A program made the translations under genes and the position numbers. DNA of 63,856 nt, the filler included, from Octopus bimaculoides (taxonomy: Eukaryota), in NCBI RefSeq assembly GCF_001194135.2. It is 6 parts of 6 records of this genome, joined end to end, with 100 filler letters (N's around TTAATTAATTAA, not from the genome) between each part and the next. Parts side by side here need not be neighbours in the genome. Positions count along the whole stretch, not along the records: positions 26,552 to 42,679 come from NC_068986.1; positions 42,780 to 52,014 come from NC_068983.1; 4 more parts are not named here. One strand, written 5' to 3'. Shown here in pieces: positions 38,823 to 51,678 of this stretch (positions are counted from its first letter, which is position 1; every line of letters starts with the position of its first letter). The notes under the pieces are model-generated. The model ran no database searches, had not been told where the DNA came from, and was given only the letters and a program-made list of their open reading frames with translations.

Positions 38823-39150
38823 CGACATAGTGATCTCATATCAAGGTATACAGCGCATGACCTTGCAAGTGGGACCCAGTTAGAATTTTCTTCAGGTCGA
38901 GTAGTACATCTCGCTAAAAAGGTCCCCGAATAAGGGTTGTTTAGGGATGATGAACAACACCCCCATGTTTCCAAACCTCAAAGAATTCCTTTCAACACAT
39001 GGCTATGATTCTCCCCCACTACTTCTACTCGTGATCATAGATGCACATATCCTCAGCCACCAAGGGACATGCTTAAACAACTGGCAAGCAAATCTGTGGT
39101 AATAAGCAGAATATTTGCTGTAGCCCATCTTTTATACCAAGACAAAACAA
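38823..39150 (-). mobile_element. Second copy of the 29664-30145 repeat (3' truncated)
   Basis: Direct sequence similarity along its length. Confidence 0.8.
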
Positions 39151-39214
39151 TGTACATGTTTAACACTTTCAATCAGTTAAGATCAGAAACCATGAGAGCC
39201 CCTGCCTGCTACTG

Positions 39215-39270
<56 letters not shown>

Positions 39271-39556
39271 TTATTTTTTTAGCGCTCACGATCTGTAGCA
39301 ACAAACAACGCCTAAACCGAAACCGGAATATATATATTGCTCTAAGAAATTCCAACTTTGATTTTCACGTTTTATTTACAATCTTATAATGATATAATAT
39401 ATGTTAATATCATATAATGAAATGATAGAATATCAAATATCCATTCTGATTGAACTCGTACTTTCATGCATTTAAATATGCAATCATCAAGTTCATGTAG
39501 TAGTGGTGACAGTTTTGTTTTAAAATTTACACACATACGCGCGCACACACACACAT

Positions 39557-39606
<50 letters not shown>

Positions 39607-39644
39607 TTATATGTGTGTGTGCGTGTGTGTATGTGTGTGTGTGT

Positions 39645-39900
39645 GTATAAAACTGAGAATCTGTGTATGAGTATGTGTGTGTATGTGTTTGTCTGTGTCG
39701 GTATGTGTGCCTCACTAAAACTCGAGAACTCCCCAACCAATTTCATTCAAATTTTATACATGCACTACTTATGCTGACTACCTGAAAATTACCATTAACG
39801 TGATTTTTATCCTTATTTTATGAATACAACTAAATAAATCAAAAATAAAATATTAGTAGAATATATGTACTCCTCATCAAAAACCCGCATTCTCTGCGGT
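39645..39900 (+). mobile_element. Possible non-autonomous Helitron 5' part
   Basis: tataaaactgagaatc-(GT)-ctcactaaaactcgagaac...ccaatttcattcaaatttt layout, typical of such elements as I recall them. A similar layout occurs inverted at 41390-42190. Confidence 0.4.
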
Positions 39901-40119
39901 CCTATTTTGATATAAATTCATGCGGTCGTCGTGGGAACACTCAAATCTTGCAAGTGTTTGTGTATAGACGTAGAAACTTGCATTGCTATGATATATGTTA
40001 ACACGTGTTCACATATTTTTTACATATATTGCAATGACGATGGAAGAAAATGCATATAAGATTTTAATCTTGAAATTACCTAATTCACAATTAATGTGAA
40101 GTCTTTTTATATATCTTCT

Positions 40120-41070
40120 CACAAGCTCGCTTTCAATCGCATGTGTTTATGGAGGTTTTCTCGGTAGCTTCGTAAATTCTTGTAAATGCTTTCTGAAAGC
40201 GTTCCTGTGACGAGTGATCGGCCTATAGTTACTAACTGTGTTTCCCTTGCTCTTATCCTTTGTAATGTGTATTGTCCTCCCTCTAGTCATCCCATCTTGT
40301 TTTATTCCTCCATTTCGGTAATCCTGAAGTTGTTCCCTCAGCCTCCCATGTAAACTACTGAATTTCTATCGCTAGTACCCTTGAACTAAATCTGGTCCTT
40401 GGTACTTTCAATTTGGCATTTTTCCTAACACGGCTGCTTCTCACTCACTGATTCTTCTCTCACTTTCTTCAACCATACTACATCTCCCATGTGATTGACT
40501 GATTTATCCCAAATATTACTCCAGAAACTTTCTAGCTTCCTCTGCATCAGGTTTCTCATCTTCAGTATTTCGTTCTCCACTATTTATTTGGTTATAAAAT
40601 CTCCTTTTGTCTGTCTCAAATAATCTATTCTGTTGAACTATTCTTTTCTGATATCTGGAGTGCTTGTCTGCTAATGCTATGATACGCCGTATCAACTCTT
40701 CTATTATTACCCCAAATACTTTATTTTTCACTAAATATTTCATCTCAAGAGAAGCTTTGCAATTTGTTTCCTATCTTGTTCCGTTTCCACGCTTCTATTC
40801 TATTCAGATCTTGTCTTAGCGTCTCCACTTTATTTTGTATTTCCTTTTCCACATTTCCTCTTTTTAATCTTTCCCTGTGGTATATCTAATGTTCTGGTGA
40901 TTACTAACCTTCCTGCATAGATCAATAAGTTAGTGGCTTCTATATTTTTAGTATCCATCCTCCTGATAACAAAATCTAATCTCCTAGACATTTCTTGTAG
41001 CTTCCTTTTGCAGGTGCCTTTTAATGCTGGCAATCTTTTTCTCACTTCTTTACACATCGGCGGAACTAAA
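40120..41070 (-). mobile_element. R4/Dong-like ORF, region N-terminal to the RT
   Basis: RKRLPALK...; RRIIALADKHSRYQKRIVQQNRLFETDKRRFYNQIN...PDAEEARKF. Confidence 0.75.
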
Positions 41071-42914
41071 AGAAATGTCCCTTAATCAAATTTTTGTTGT
41101 TACGGTTTCAAACAATCATAAAGATCATAGAATATATATACAGGAAAAATGGAACAAAAAGAATCTGCAGGGTTGGCTCTGGAACTAGTTTATTACATTA
41201 GTTTTGTACATGAGTTTATTCTTCATCAGTTTGGCTCTGGTTTCACTTTTCCATTGGTAAGTCTCTCTATCTATAAAAGTGAAGATATACAAATCTATTA
41301 TTTATATACAGCGGAAACAAATATTACCGAATAAAATTGGCAAGAGATGTTAAATATAAATTTGAGATTTTAATAGAATATAATATACACTTTACAAATT
41401 TACATTCATTAAACACTTACATACAAACACACACATACGTACACATGCACTCCACTCCGACAAGCGTAACGTGAACATAGAGACACATGCATACACACGT
41501 ACAAACACATACACACGCACATACACACGTGCACAAATATATTCTCCACCCTGATAAATAAAACAAACACATACACAGGCATACACACACACCCATACAC
41601 ACGTATATACACACATCGTCCTGAAAGCTGCAGCACACACACATTTCCATACACACACGCACACACACTTACGTAAACACACAGGTACACACACACAAAT
41701 AGAACACGCACATACACGCACACATGTACAGACACCCACACGCACAAGCACACATAAACCCGTTATTCGCATTTTCGAGAAAAACCACATACATACACAC
41801 ATACACACCATTCTCTACTTATGAGCCATATTTATAAAGCCCGAAAAACCAGCCGAAAACTACTGAACTGTAGCAGAACCAAATCACCAAACAAGCCTTT
41901 CTTGGTTCCACTACAACGGTTCGAAATCAGAACAATCGTGAACTATCTTTTCGACATGTGACAACCATTAACTACCCACACAGTTTTTGAAGAAAAAGCA
42001 ATCTAAGCCACCTTTTTCACAAAAACACAACCGTCTAGTAATCACGTGACTGCTATCAACAAACCAAATTGTTTTGTAAAGCAAAAGGCAATTTTGACCA
42101 ACCATTTCTGTATTAAACAGTAATAACTGTCAAATTTCATCCAGATGCTTGTCGCTACTCCCAGACCCGAGAACTATAAATGGTCTCTTATTTCTCTTCT
42201 CACCTTTTATTCAATTTAAGATGGTGCAAACAGTTATGATTTCTGATCGCAGTGAGACTAAAAGTTTATCATCCCCTGATTGACAAATCAGACAGGTTTT
42301 ATCTTTTTGTCGAAAACTGTATTACTTGATTTAGATATATTTACGTAAAATAACATTTATCTTCTTATGATTGTAAAAACAATTATTACCTGATCTGAAT
42401 GCTTTTATGAAAACTATTTTTCGACTAATCACAGAGGATACACAATCCTCAAATCTTTTATTATCATTATCAAGGACGCACTCACTTGATTTGAATACAT
42501 TTCTGTAAACAAATTTTTGAAACAACAGAGTTTAAACAAAACTTCATGCTTTACTTTTGAAAATTTGTTCAAATAAGTGAAAAATACTTTAAAAGGACTA
42601 CTGCCTTTTCAGATTCTTTCCCTTATATTGTAACGTGTGCTGTAATCCCAAATTTAACTTTAATATATATATATATATANNNNNNNNNNNNNNNNNNNNN
42701 NNNNNNNNNNNNNNNNNNNNNNNTTAATTAATTAANNNNNNNNNNNNNNNNNNNNNNNNNNNNNNNNNNNNNNNNNNNNGTGTGTGTGTGTGTGTGTGTA
42801 TGTGTGTGTGTGTGTATGTGTGTGTGTGTGTGTGTGTGTGTATGCACATGCGATTCGTCGCAGGATTACTCACATTGCTCGTACGTATATATGCATATAC
42901 TCATATATTATTTG

Positions 42915-42956
<42 letters not shown>

Positions 42957-43747
42957 NNNNNNNNNNNNNNNNNNNNNNNNNNNNNNNNNNNNNNNNNNNN
43001 NNNNNNNNNNNNNNNNNNNNNNNNNNNNNNNNNNNNNNNNNNNNNNNNNNNNNNNNNNNNNNNNNNNNNNNNNNNNNNNNNNNNNNNNNNNNNNNNNNNN
43101 NNNNNNNNNNNNNNNNNNNNNNNNNNNNNNNNNNNNNNNNNNNNNNNNNNNNNNNNNNNNNNNNNNNNNNNNNNNNNNNNNNNNNNNNNNNNNNNNNNNN
43201 NNNNNNNNNNNNNNNNNNNNNNNNNNNNNNNNNNNNNNNNNNNNNNNNNNNNNNNNNNNNNNNNNNNNNNNNNNNNNNNNNNNNNNNNNNNNNNNNNNNN
43301 NNNNNNNNNNNNNNNNNNNNNNNNNNNNNNNNNNNNNNNNNNNNNNNNNNNNNNNNNNNNNNNNNNNNNNNNNNNNNNNNNNNNNNNNNNNNNNNNNNNN
43401 NNNNNNNNNNNNNNNNNNNNNNNNNNNNNNNNNNNNNNNNNNNNNNNNNNNNNNNNNNNNNNNNNNNNNNNNNNNNNNNNNNNNNNNNNNNNNNNNNNNN
43501 NNNNNNNNNNNNNNNNNNNNNNNNNNNNNNNNNNNNNNNNNNNNNNNNNNNNNNNNNNNNNNNNNNNNNNNNNNNNNNNNNNNNNNNNNNNNNNNNNNNN
43601 NNNNNNNNNNNNNNNNNNNNNNNNNNNNNNNNNNNNNNNNNNNNNNNNNNNNNNNNNNNNNNNNNNNNNNNNNNNNNNNNNNNNNNNNNNNNNNNNNNNN
43701 NNNNNNNNNNNNNNNNNNNNNNNNNNNNNNNNNNNNNNNNNNNNNNN

Positions 43748-43808
<61 letters not shown>

Positions 43809-43829
43809 CACATGCGATCCGTCGTAGGA

Positions 43830-43935
43830 TTACTCTTTTTTTGTCAGCTGAGTGGACAGGAGCAATGTGAAATTAAGTGTTTTGCCCAAGAACACAACGC
43901 TTCGCCCGGTCCTGGAATCGAAACCACAATGTTTT
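43830..43935 (-). mobile_element. tRNA-derived SINE fragment
   Basis: Reverse of gtttcgattccaggaccgggcgaagcgttgtgttcttgggcaaaacacttaatttcacattgctcc. A related fragment lies at 62130-62290. Confidence 0.65.
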
Positions 43936-44592
43936 TCATGTTAAAAAAATGTGGGATATATTAAGGATCGAATTTGTTCTAAGAAAACAGGCACACATTT
44001 AGAGTAGTACTTAAACAAACCTATAATGGTTGTAATTGTAATTGTATTGTTAGATGGATAACAATCTTTCTGGGTCAGGTTGAAGTCAATTATTTTCTAT
44101 TTTGTAATCTAGGTAACAAAAGAGAAAAGATTTTTCATTGTTTAATGTAATGTTGAGTTATTAAGTAACTACTCCTCATTAGTTTTGCCGACGACAATAA
44201 CACTGTTGAGATGGGTGTGAATTCCTTTGATATCATTGTTGGTAGTAATTATACTCTCTTTGAAAAGCAGTTATTAGTCACATCAAATTTTAAAAGACAT
44301 CCATCAGCTTGAAATGCAATATATCTTATTGTCATCAACGAGTCGAATCCAAGGCATACTGCTTTCAGGTCCAATTTTCTGTTGCATTTATTGTAGAAAA
44401 TACAACGCATGAAATCGAGTGGGTCGCCACCTAGAAACTAGTAACGGTTGTTTGTGAATAGTTGATAACTAAGTATTGTGTTCTACAGTTTTTACTACTA
44501 CCATTTTGGGAAAACTGAGGCTTCAATAATACCATCTTCAAGAAGCCACTTTGTCTTTATTAAATATTAAAAAGATGCTTCATCGTGTAGAG

Positions 44593-44796
44593 CTGTGGCT
44601 CTCAGCCATTTTTTGCCTGTGGACCCTTTTGAATTCCATTTTACTCTACTGGACCTCCACAGCCATACGATGTATATAAAATGTTTTTAATATTTTGTGT
44701 ATTGTAGAAGTGTAAGCAATTTATTGCACATAAATTTTAACATGAAATCTAATATGGAACACCAAGGGCCATATGGACCCTGGTTGAGAAGCCTTC
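44593..44796. mobile_element. hAT (Charlie-like) MITE, old
   Basis: Degenerate TIRs ctgtggctctcagcc / ggttgagaagccttc and 8-bp TSD gtgtagag / ctgtagag. Confidence 0.7.
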
Positions 44797-44902
44797 CTGT
44801 AGAGAAAAGCGACCAGATTTAGCAAAAATTGGTTTGAAATACTTTCAGAGGTGGGAAAAATACGAGGAGGGATGTCATCAACATGGGAACTAGTCAAACA
44901 AC

Positions 44903-45711
44903 TGTAATTCAGGCCGTCATGCGAACAACGTGTATGTGTGTATAGGCATGGATGTATGCGTGTGCGTTAAGTACATATAAGAATAGCAATGAAGGGGACA
45001 GTGAAAGAGTCTATAATGAGAAGTTAGACGAATGTTCATAGACACAACAATGAAAAATACCAGTGTACACGGTAACTGAAATACTGTATCAAGAAGTTGT
45101 GGCTATGATGCGGAGCCGGTTGCTGTACATGTCGTACGTGAAGTTGTGGCTGTAATGTTGCTGCCTGGGTCACTTGGTAAGGAGTTCTCGCAGGTTGTAT
45201 TTGCTGTTGATCCATGGTGAAGTAATTTACGAATAGTGCTACGTTGGAACCTGTGCAGTGTTGCTTGAGCTGTGTACGTAGAGAGATGATGTTGACGACG
45301 TTAAGAAGATAATGGTGACGACGAAGACGGAGGTTGCCGTAATGCTGTTGGACGGGTGTTGTCGTCTGGCGTTGTCGCTGGAACTTTCTGTGTCTTGTGT
45401 GGTCAGTGGCTAGACCCTAAAGGTCTGGAACCACAGACCTCGAGACGAGGAGCAGCTAGGTTTTTTATAAGGAGCTGTAGGTTCAAACGAGGTTGAGAAC
45501 AGGCTGTCTCACGGGATCTTATTTAGAGGCTCCGATTTAGAGGCTGCAGATTGGCACGGCAGAGTAAGAGACGAATTGCGCCAATATTAACCAGAGTAGT
45601 GGACACATCGGGGTCCAAATAGCAGCCAAAGGTTAGCTGTTATCTGCTACGTTCGAAAACACGTATATATAGTAAAAGGGAGAGAGGAATTTCACTCGAG
45701 TGTACGCTACA
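44903..45711 (-). mobile_element. LTR-like segment (~810 bp), TSD not matched
   Basis: TGTA...TACA ends, GC-richer than flanks, TATA-like ctccttataaaaaa on the minus strand near 45465. Confidence 0.45.
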
Positions 45712-46194
45712 AGCTGCATAAAATGTTATGAAAAAAAAATTGCCGTGAATCAATTCATTTTATTTGCTTAAAACTTTCAACTTCAATATTCAAACCACAA
45801 GTTAACCGTGTTCATATTAATGCAAATGGCTGGCAGCCAGCCAGCCTTGAAACTAAAGTATACTATTGGACTAGAATTAGCAATAATGATGAAATACACC
45901 TAACATTGACAGGCAGGCAGGCAGACAGACAAATGTACTGCTTCAGCAAATTTCAGAAAAATCACAGCTGAAATATTATTTACTTTTAGAATTTGTTTCA
46001 TCAAAACTGCTTTGAATAAATCGGAAGGAAAAATATAAAAGGAGAATTTCCAACTTGCCAATGTTATTCCCAATACTTACACACACGCACGTACATACAC
46101 AAACACACATACACGTACACAGAGATGCAAGTGTGTGTGTGTGTATGTGTGTGTGTGTATGTGTGTGTGTCAGTATTTACGTTTTATGTTATTC

Positions 46195-46233
<39 letters not shown>

Positions 46234-46687
46234 GAGGAGGAGGAGGAAAGAGAAAAGGCTAGTGGTCAGAAGAAGAGACTCTTTTTTAGCTGTTCATGAT
46301 TTCTATATTTGAATATAAGTACCTCTTGTGTTTCCTGGAGAAAAATAACATGTCTTTAATAGTAACTTAAACCATTCGCTTTAGCGAGGTTTTAGTGGTA
46401 CTTCGGTTACTAATTGACAAATTCACATTATTAAACCAGTTTCTCTGAATCCTAATTAGAACTTTCTATTTTCTATTATTAGACTCTGAGGACATCTGCT
46501 AACCATTGAACTTGCTGACAGATCACTGTCAGACTCTGATGAGATCTTGCTTTAACATCATAATCTTGGATTTAACTTTTAGCATCAAATCTCAAATTCT
46601 CCCATCATTTAAGCTTAGTCACTCAAATTTCCCGTTTACTATAAGTCTTTGCTGACATTTCACGTTTACCATTAAATTAAAAGTTGT

Positions 46688-47052
46688 TGACGGTGAACTT
46701 GCAGAATCGTTAGCACGCCGGGCGAAATGCTTAGCGGTATTTCGTCTGTCTTTACGTTCTGAGTTCAAATTCCGCCGAGGTCGACTTTGCCTTTCATCCT
46801 TTCGGGGTCGATAAATTAAGTACCAGTTACGCACTGGGGTCGATGTAATCGACTTAATCCGTTTGTCTGTCCTTGTTTGTCCCCTCTGTGTGTAGCCCCT
46901 TGTGGACAGTAAAGAAATAGGTATTTCGTCTGTCTTTACGTTCTGACTTCAAATTCCGCCGAGGTCGACTTTACCTTTCATCCTTTCGGGACTGATAAAT
47001 TAAGTTGCCCTCTCCCCAAAAACTTTCGGGCCTTGTACCAAGAGTAGAAAAG
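46688..47052 (+). mobile_element. Young dimeric SINE (Meta-like family) with 17-bp TSD
   Basis: TSD attaaattaaaagttgt at 46671-46687 and 47053-47069. Full monomer to about 46920, then a headless second unit with a different tail. Confidence 0.9.
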
Positions 47053-47339
47053 ATTAAATTAAAAGTTGTAGACTTTTGCGCCTACTATCAGAGTTTTCTA
47101 ACATTACGCGCATACCAGTAGACTCTGCTAAAATTTCACGTTTACCATCAGAATCTGCTGACATCTCCACTTCACTGTTTGTGCTGCATTTTACTAAGTA
47201 TAGGAATGGTGATACTTAAAGAACGAGTGATGGTTTTAATGGTTAGATTCGTTCAAAACATCAAAAATCACAGAAAAAAACATAACTTTCACCTTCAAAA
47301 TGAAACGGATGTGATAGTAAAAATTTAACCTTCTCTCTT

Positions 47340-47885
47340 TTTAGGAGATCAGAAGGTTGTCATTCTCCTTGATTTTCAAAGACGTGGTTGTAGCGTGACC
47401 AGCGGCTAGTACATTAAGACACTCAAAAACCTCAGAAAAGTCATTGGAGGAAGAGAATGATCAAAAATCTGAAATGATCAGTATTCACCATGGGCAATGT
47501 GTGACTAAACACATATTTAGCAACAAATCGGGCAATTGACATATTGAGCTGTTCTGTGATCCCCATCCACCATACAGCCCAGATTTGGTGTCCCCTGACT
47601 TCCATCTGCACGGTTCAATAGAATACGGCCGCTGGAAGCAAAAATTTGATGACAGGTGAGATGAAAGTACTTGTGAAAAGGAGATACAACAGTGCACACC
47701 AGAGTTGACAAAGAGGTTTCGAGAACTGGGCTCAACGATTGCGGAAATCGCTTGTGACGGAGATTATATTCAATAGCACTTTTGAACAAGAACAGAATTA
47801 TTTTACCAACATGTGAAATTTGAACGACTTATGTCAGTTAACATGAGTTATGCCCAATTTTGAATTACTTGCTGGACAACCCTTG
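47340..47885 (+). mobile_element. Mariner transposon 3' remnant
   Basis: IPHPPYSPDLVSPDFHL motif and right TIR aattacttgctggacaacccttg|ta. Confidence 0.75.
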
Positions 47886-48701
47886 TAGTTTTTGATTGAT
47901 AATGCTATTGATTTGTATGATCGTCGGGAAGAATCATCAGGTACTGTGTAGGTTTTACTCTGGTGATTTTTTACTTTAGTTATGATGGATATATCGCATC
48001 GGTTATAACTGAAGTCGATGTAACAGTGTATTCTGATGGTAGTCTGTCGGTTGACATGGAGCCAGTATGACCGAGTGATTAAGATATTAGATTACTGGCA
48101 GTATTTTCAAATCTGATTCAGGTATTTCGTTGTTTGTCATACTTTTAGAAGTGCTTATTATACACATCCTGTATTGTTCTTGCACGTATTTGCTTCTTGT
48201 ATGATTTTTATAAGCGATTGCCGCGACATCTTTCCATTTCTTAACGTTGCATATTGTGTCCATCAAACACATGCACGCACACACACACACACATGCATCG
48301 AGGTATTTCGATTTCTATCTCATGAAGAGATCTATCAAAATATTCTTTTAAATAATGTCGCTGATACTTCATAGAAAGACATCAACATCACACATTTTCC
48401 TTTTCTATGTCTGTGTTGAATAAACAAAGGATGGTAGGTCGGCAGTATCATTATTGCGTTGGATAAAATATCTTGTAATATTTAGTTGCAGTCTTTTCCA
48501 TTCCAATTTCAATTCTTTTCGAAGCCAAGTGTTCCTTTTGTTCTCTGAAATCGATAAATTAAAGTACCAGTCAAAAATAGTGAAGTCCATTTAATGAAGT
48601 AAACATACCCTCCCTAAAATGTGTAGCATTGTTCCAATGTAAGAAATCAATATAAGTCGATTAAAACCCTCTTCACATTGTGACTACCTACCTACCTAGC
48701 T

Positions 48702-48751
<50 letters not shown>

Positions 48752-49415
48752 ATTTACAAAAACAAATCGATACTACTGATAAAAGAAGTATATGTATTGA
48801 TACAGTGATGATATAGCCAAGAAGATGGTTAGATGGTTACTAGAAATTTCATATCTGGATTATTCCTTACAGTCGACGACGATAAGACAACAACAGTTCG
48901 AATGGCAGTTCCCTGGTGGTTCATCCTAGACGAAATAGCTCGCCTGTCGATTTTTCTGGAATAATCTAGATTTGAAACTCCCAGTGAGGATTTCCAGGCT
49001 ATACTGGGACCATATCAATATATACGTATTCACACAAGCACTCGCACGCGCGCACGCACACACGCACAAACACATATATATTAAAGTATGCTTTAGCATT
49101 CTTGATGTAGTGACCCAAGGAATTTTAGTTAAAATTGCATCATCAACCAAATAACTAATTCTTTCCACGATACGCATTGGAGATAACTCTGAAGTTATAT
49201 TTTAATTGGTATAAATTATAGCATACATTTCGACATTTTATGCCTGAACACACAAAAAAAGAAAGAAAAATACATTCATGAAACTTAGATCTATTATAGT
49301 GCAAGGATTATATGGGAATTTTTACCGTCAAATAGTAAATAGAGTAGAACTCACATGAACTGCTGCACATCACTTTCCGTCATCTCAAAAGCTGATACAT
49401 ATATGAATGACTATG

Positions 49416-49486
<71 letters not shown>

Positions 49487-50529
49487 ATATTTATACATGT
49501 GTATCATTATTAATAAGTATATTTATTTCTTTTGATTTTCTGCATAACCTCAGGTTTCATGCTTTGGAATTCGCAATTTTCAAATGCTCCACAAAACGGT
49601 GGTAAAACTATCTCCATTCGAGATTTGGCTACTTGAGATTTCATGACACTTTAAACGTTATTAGATGGTCTAAAATGGAATACAGAATACGCAAATCAAG
49701 TGAAGTAGTTATTCAGGGACTTTGGCAGCTATTGCTTCTCTTACATTAATATTGTTCTTAAAGACGATGTTATAATAGTGCATTTTGTCCTATGCTGTGC
49801 GCAGGTTATGCTGTATGTATTTCTAAAGCAAATGTGTATGCATGCCTCGTGCATATTAAAGTATACAGAAAAAATATATTTATATACATAAAAATGACAT
49901 GTATATATTGTTATCTGTATTTGTGTGGTCGTGTTCTTACGTGGGAATTTATATAAATGTAATATAAATGTTATACAGGCATATATGTGTATATGTACAT
50001 ATATACATATATGTTATTTGTACAAATAACACAATGCACATACTTATACATGACATCGCCATTTCTTAACGAACCCTTATCAAATTAAGGAAGGAGATTC
50101 AGATACACTCGGAATAATGCAAGAAAAGAGAAGACATTGAAAGTTATAATGGAGTAGCAGTTGTGTAGGATGGAATGTCTGAGGTGCAGCTGTCAGTTTT
50201 TCAGGTGACAATGTATTGTTTTCTCCATTCTTTTTTACATTGTCTCGGTCACTCACTTACACACAGACTTTCTCTCCCACGTACGCGCGCGCTCACACAT
50301 ACACGCACGCACGCACAAACACACTGCTTAATTGTCATTGCATTTGATGCTTCTATTAAATTTAGTTCTCAGTACATGATATAAATGTGGAAATTTATAT
50401 TTTGAGATGCAGAGATCACATTGGTAAGCCTTAAATAAATCTATACATATAAATACATATATTTTTCTAGATATGCAGTAAAGAGCTTTAGAAAGATGTT
50501 ATCTCCTTGTCTGACGTCCTTCCCAAATC

Positions 50530-51010
50530 ACCGGTGGTGATAGCAGGTATATCAGTGATGCATTCAGAGTTCACATTCATGAGTAGTTTAATATATTGAG
50601 CCTCGACACCTTGCATTTCCCAGTGATTTCATTTTCTCTATGCGAACGAAGGCGTTTTGGTCGTCGACAAAAACGATGCACAGAGGCAGCTTGTATTGTT
50701 CCGCTCGTTCTATCAGCTGCGCTAGAGTGAATATGTGATCCATCGTACTGAAGTTCTCCCGGAAAAAAAACATGGTTGCTTCTTCGGCTGATGGTCATCA
50801 AGATGTTTCGATAATCTGATGACTATAACCTTTGTAAATAGCTTATAGAGGTGAGACAAGAGGCATACGGGTCGATAGTTTCTTAAATCTTCTTTATGAC
50901 CCTTTTTATGAAGCGAGATGGTATTCGATTCTTTCTACTCGAGGGGATTTTATCCTCCTTAGACAGCGATTGAAATGTAGGATGAGGATTTTCCACTGCT
51001 CTTCATCTCT
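50530..51010 (-). mobile_element. RTE LINE RT fragment
   Basis: FRENFSTMDHIFTLAQLIERAEQYKLPLCIVFVDDQNAF. Confidence 0.85.
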
Positions 51011-51319
51011 GCGCCTTAACATCTGTGTGTGTGTGTGTGTGTGTGTGCGCGCACACACACACACACACACGCACGCGTATGAATGCGGATAAGCACACAT
51101 ACATACACATATACATGTACGTATATCAGCTACGAATTTTCTGTTATGTCTTTGGAAAACTTTCCGTTTGTTGTGTTTTTGTTAAATTTTTCGAATATTA
51201 TTTATGTAACGCTACGCACTTTTTTTTTGTTTAACTCACTATTCATTGGCGATACACGCGCGCGCACACAAACACAGTACATACATACATACATGCCGAT
51301 TGCTCCTTCTTGTCAGAAG

Positions 51320-51598
51320 AGTGCCGTCCCTTTATTGAACTTTGCACAACATGTGCATGCAGGTGGCTCTTCAGCCCAGCTTCCGTTCTAGAAGCAGGTT
51401 CACAGACGTTACATGTGAATTGTCTGTCTCCTGGCATCACAGGCTGAGTTGTGACTTCATGTATTTTACCGTTCCTGCAATTACAGATGTTCCGTGGAGG
51501 GTGAGGTATCAAGACCATCTCACAAGCTGGTTGATTTCTCCCTGGTTCATGTGATTTTAGGTGGTTGACTTGCCCAGCTCTTGATAGAAAAGATCGTC

Positions 51599-51600
<2 letters not shown>
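51320..51600 (-). mobile_element. RTE LINE ORF C-terminus with decayed C2H2-like finger
   Basis: FTCNVCEPASRTEAGLKSHLHAH. Its order relative to 50530-51010 implies a separate insertion. Confidence 0.65.
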
Positions 51601-51632
<32 letters not shown>

Positions 51633-51678
51633 CATACACACACAAACAAACAAACATACATACATACATACATACATA

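Noticed and set aside
41210-41262. MSLFFISLALVSLFH plus GTAAGT donor
   Set aside because: The downstream acceptors I checked (about 42.2, 42.6 and 44.1 kb) give immediate stops in the required phase.
47985-48070. VTVYSDGS resembling an RNase H motif
   Set aside because: Short frame closed by stops with no further RNase H motifs.
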